From assembly GCA_964036045.1 (NCBI GenBank), contig OZ038378.1, positions 178,064,001 to 178,128,000 of the forward strand: DNA of 64,000 nucleotides, in the 5' to 3' direction. The DNA is from Eutreptiella sp. 'Long Island Sound 2002'. Lineage: Eukaryota; Protista; Euglenida. The notes under the pieces are model-generated. The model ran no database searches, was not told the DNA's origin, and was given only the letters and a program-made list of their open reading frames with translations. A program made the translations under genes and the position numbers. Numbering within the stretch: the stretch's first letter is position 1; the number at the start of each line of letters is the position of its first letter. Positions 60,292 to 64,000 of the stretch are shown piece by piece.

Positions 60292-63286
60292 TTGAAGGTC
60301 ATCATGCAAGCTGCAACGACTTGGCCTGTATTCCCCGGGAATACAAAGAAACGGAAGAGACAACAGTATTGTTGTGTGCATGTGAATTGCACCGGCAACC
60401 CAAATTCGTACTTTGCCACCGTGCCTCCTCGTTTGCAATCGACATTTCGTGACGCATCCGGTGAATACTTGTGTTGTAGAGAGTGTTGGGGTGGTGTGCC
60501 TACAGCACATACACCCAAACGTGCGACACGGCACACGGAGGACACAAACACCACACCCATCAAAACACGGAGTTCCACTCCAAAGAACATTGTTTTTGAA
60601 ACCCCGCCTCACAAGAAGGCCAAACTTTCCCAATCACCTTCACCAAGGTCCTCACCTTCAAAGGGCCCCATGTGTGACTTGTGTGAAAAGTGTGTTGCGG
60701 AGGTGGACCGTCTTCCCGTCTTGCCGGAGGACCCTCAGCACAACATTGTCCAAATGATTAGGCCACGGTTGCTCAAGTTGCCAACCAAACCATGGGATGC
60801 AAACATTTCTCTTTGTCGGAAATGTAGGGACAATGTTGAGGACTTGCGTCACATTTTCACAAGTTTATGTGAACGTGCAGAGGTTGTGGCGCCTACCCCA
60901 TTAACTTTGTGGCCCGGTGCCAAGGCGACCATTGCAACAAGCACGGGTCGGAGCAAACAAGGAACCACCGATGTGAGTGCTCCTTCACAAGGGCCCGACG
61001 TGTTTGCTCCACCTTCTCCCGTTGCTTCACCTTCTTCTCCGGTGTCCCCTTCCTCTTCCCCTTCTTCCCCCGGCATCACCTGTAGTGAGAAGCGTGTGCA
61101 GCTGCTGCCCTGCGTGCGCGCAATGGTGCATTTTTTCTATACCCTGCGTGCGCGCTACAGGGTATTGTGCGGACCGCGCGATGGCTCAGTGCGCACTACA
61201 AAACTATAGCGCGCGTCATCGCGCGCGCTATGGCTCGGGGTCTTGGGTTTGTAACCCCATGTCCTAATAAGCAGGGCAAAAACGCCTATTTTTCTAAAGT
61301 TTCAGATGCTTCCGGCACCGCAAGTGACGTTGCCAATGTCAGGAAAGATTGCCAGCATTTTGGGCCCCCACTATGGGTGGTCCTTGTGGAAGAACGAGGA
61401 CCTTTTGGCGGACCTAGTTGAGTTTTTTTGCTCAGGGTCTGCCGTCCAACGGTCTTTGTGGGCCAGGTTGGAAAAAAGGGTCCCCGTGTCTGAAGCAGAG
61501 AAGAAGCGTCGCAGGACCGAGGCTGCCAACGCCGTCACACCCCTGTCGGTGGTGGACTTGGTCCTGCTCCTGAAGATTCCAAGAAGAAGGTATTATTGCG
61601 CGCACTTTGCATGTGACATTGCGCGCACTTCCGCTCATAGCACGCGCTTCGTTGACTTCTGCGCGCGCTACCCCTGCGTGCGCGCTACAGGGTATTGCCG
61701 CGCGATGGCTCGGTGCGCACTACAAAACTATAGCGCGCAGCATAGCGCGCGCTATGGCTCGGGGTCTTGGGTTTGTAACCCCATGTCCTAATAAGCAGGG
61801 CAAAAACGCCTATTTTTCTAAAGTTTCAGATGCTTCCGGCACCGCATGTGACGCTGTCAATGTCAGGGAAGATTGCAAACATTTTGGGCCACTATGGGTG
61901 GTCCTTGTGGAAGAACGAGGACCTTTTGGCGGACCTAGTTGAGTTTTTTTGCTCAGGGTCTGCCGTCCAACGGTCGTTGTGGGCCAGGTTGGAAAAAAGG
62001 GTCCCCGTGTGTGAAGCAGAGAAGAAGCGTCGCAGGACCGAGGCTGCCAACGCCGTCACACCCCTGTCGGTGGTGCACTTGGTCCTGCTCCTGAAGATTC
62101 CAAGAAGAAGGTATTATTGCGCGCGCTTTGCATGTGACATTGCGCGCACTTCCGCTCATAGCACGCGCTTCGTTGACTTCTGCGCGCGCTACGTTCTCAT
62201 GTTGCGCGCGCTATTTTCCTCGGGTACAAAGATTTGATTACTTGGACGAGAAGTAAGGTCCCCACACACCTTTTTTCTCTCCCGTCCTATGCTAGTTTCG
62301 CCACAGAATGGAACCAGCTTGCAAATAGGCAGCATTTACAGGTTGCCGTGCACACAGATGGGGTCACAGTCTTTTCGCAGTGGCCCCTGCAGCACTTTTT
62401 TGACTATATATTTTCCTTTGATTCCATTGTTTCTAACCTCCAATACCCCAGGGAGTGCGAAGGAGAGCTGTGGATCATTGTGAGGGGGGATGGGTTGCCT
62501 TGTGGGGGGGAATCGTGGTGCCAGATGTCCATTTCCTTTGCCAACCATGGTCACTTGGCAAGGACGTTGTCCTACCACTGGACTGTTAACGTCGCCCTTT
62601 GTGGTGAGAAGTCCACCTCTGTGTTGTCCCAGGTCTGGGCTAACAATCTTGCTTTTCTGCAGAGTGCCCTTGACAGTGGTGTGGTTCCCATCCGGGGTGC
62701 ATCCAGACGCTGCAGGATTTTCTGCGGTGGGGATAGCCCTTGGCTGCGTCGGTTGTCGGGTGTCACTACACATTGGATGGCAGGTAGTCTGTTCAGTTAC
62801 ATGACGTGGTGCAAGTCCAGTGCAACGTGGTTGCAACAGGATGTGGATAGAACCACCGAGCGAGATGAGCAATTGCTAGGGCTTATTGCACCTGGGGCCA
62901 AGTGCAGGCCCATGGATATATTTGGTGTTGTCCAGAGCAGGTTGTTGAAGGTGCCTCTGAGGCGGCGTCACCTTATACCATGTGTTCTGCACCTTCTGAT
63001 TTTTGTAGGGAGGCAGGTACGCAGATTGGCCAAGTCTGTGCGTCCCAGTACTAGGGTCTCTGTTCAGGCTATTCTGCACAGGTCTGGTTGTCACATAGCA
63101 CTACAGGGGACGGCAGAGCCAGATGGGGAAGATACTTGGTGCCTTCTAAAGGTTTGGGAGGACCTGGCCCCCCTCCTTGGGGGTGACATGAGGATGCACA
63201 CAGCAGTGGTTGCCATGTACATACTATGTACCCTTCGTGAACGGCCGTTAAGTGGCCGTTTGAATAATTGCGTGAATTTCACGTGA
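60292..63286 (+). mobile_element. Second RAG1/Transib-like transposase gene: N-terminal zinc clusters, introns, duplicated exon, 3' truncated
   Basis: IIVRGDGLPC...CGGDSPWLRR...IPCVLHLLIFVG is homologous to 24913-26684. Cys clusters lie in 60367-60880. Confidence 0.6.
61140..62191 (+). repeat. Tandem duplication, ~525 bp x2, containing one transposase exon
   Basis: ORFs 61306-61791 and 61830-62237 are near-identical; the junction is at ~61670 inside GCGCGC-rich intron sequence. Confidence 0.95.
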
Positions 63287-63556
63287 ATTTACCCAAATTT
63301 TGAGGTTTTTGGGGGAAAATGCCATATTCTTGGTTCATTTCAAGGGCTTTGAGGGGCCAAAATTCCTCCCCTAGCTTTGTTACGCATCATCCAATGAAAG
63401 TCCCGCCCCAAAAGCATGCATCATGACCGCACCGTGCCCAAAACGAGAGGTGCCGGAACCCGGCAAGCCTGTAGCCGATTCACAGCCGTGAATTCACGTG
63501 AATTCGTACGAAATTCGTACGAATTTCGTACGAATTTCACGTGAATTCACGTGATT
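63271..63556. mobile_element. MITE-like insert ending in a 65-bp palindrome
   Basis: The left end cgtgaatttcacgtgaattt is an imperfect inverse of aatttcacgtgaattcacg (63533-63551). It starts where the transposase frame ends. Confidence 0.5.
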
Positions 63557-63667
63557 TTACACAAATGTTACCCGTGTGCACCCCCTGATTTGTCCTCACA
63601 CCCCTAGTAAGCCCCCCAGCATGCACCCCGGTCACAGGCAACAATGGTTTGGGTTCGTAAGGTGATC

Positions 63668-64000
63668 TCATGTCCGTCTCTTGCGGCACCGGAACCGCCG
63701 CTGTAGAGTCTGAAGGTGCTGCATGTCGGTTAGAAGCCGTCTTCTTGTGCGGCTTGCATACGTTTGTACACTTATGGGCCCTTGCCCATGTTGAGCCCTT
63801 TTGGTCGCATCCCACCCATGCAACCAAAGGCTATCGTCAATGGTGTGGTTGTCCACAACCACTTGCACCCCTAGTCTCCCCCGGAGGAGGCTTAGGCCCC
63901 CGCTGTTGCACAACATGCGCTTCAGCCTCCGGTGACTTCCCTCCATGGCAAAGCAGGAGAACTTTGACAAGATTCTCCACTTCTTTGCAAAATAATACAT
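63668..64000 (-). pseudogene. C-terminal fragment of another DDE transposase
   Basis: LSKFSCFAMEGSHRRLKR fits the catalytic-Glu helix pattern (SxExxExxN/HxxxKR) seen at 25260 in the first element. Confidence 0.45.

Overview
This is eukaryotic, repeat-rich genomic DNA with no operons, rRNA or CRISPR. The intron style and interspersed repeats remind me of a euglenoid such as Eutreptiella; that is recollection, not a search. One host gene is well supported: an F-box + SNF2 (Rad5/Rad16-type) helicase on the minus strand. Six exons (19475->5900) can be joined in frame through five GT-AG introns, all phase 0 and filled with MITEs and satellites. One exon of a second F-box-like coding region runs off the left edge. 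The rest is mobile DNA: PIF/Harbinger-type transposase remnants, three RAG1/Transib-like DDE transposase remnants, a DIRS-type retroelement with an internal inversion, hAT-type MITEs, and an ~11.4-kb decayed Helitron2/Helentron-like element (~37.8-49.2 kb). The Helitron is the most unusual object. Its RepHel frame ends in an HPD-containing J-domain, starts after a hydrophobic segment plus a totivirus-like 'pseudo-2A' motif (NHTMHALNGN), and is flanked on both sides by about a dozen same-orientation copies of a 23-bp iteron-like motif. All family assignments are by-eye motif recognition.
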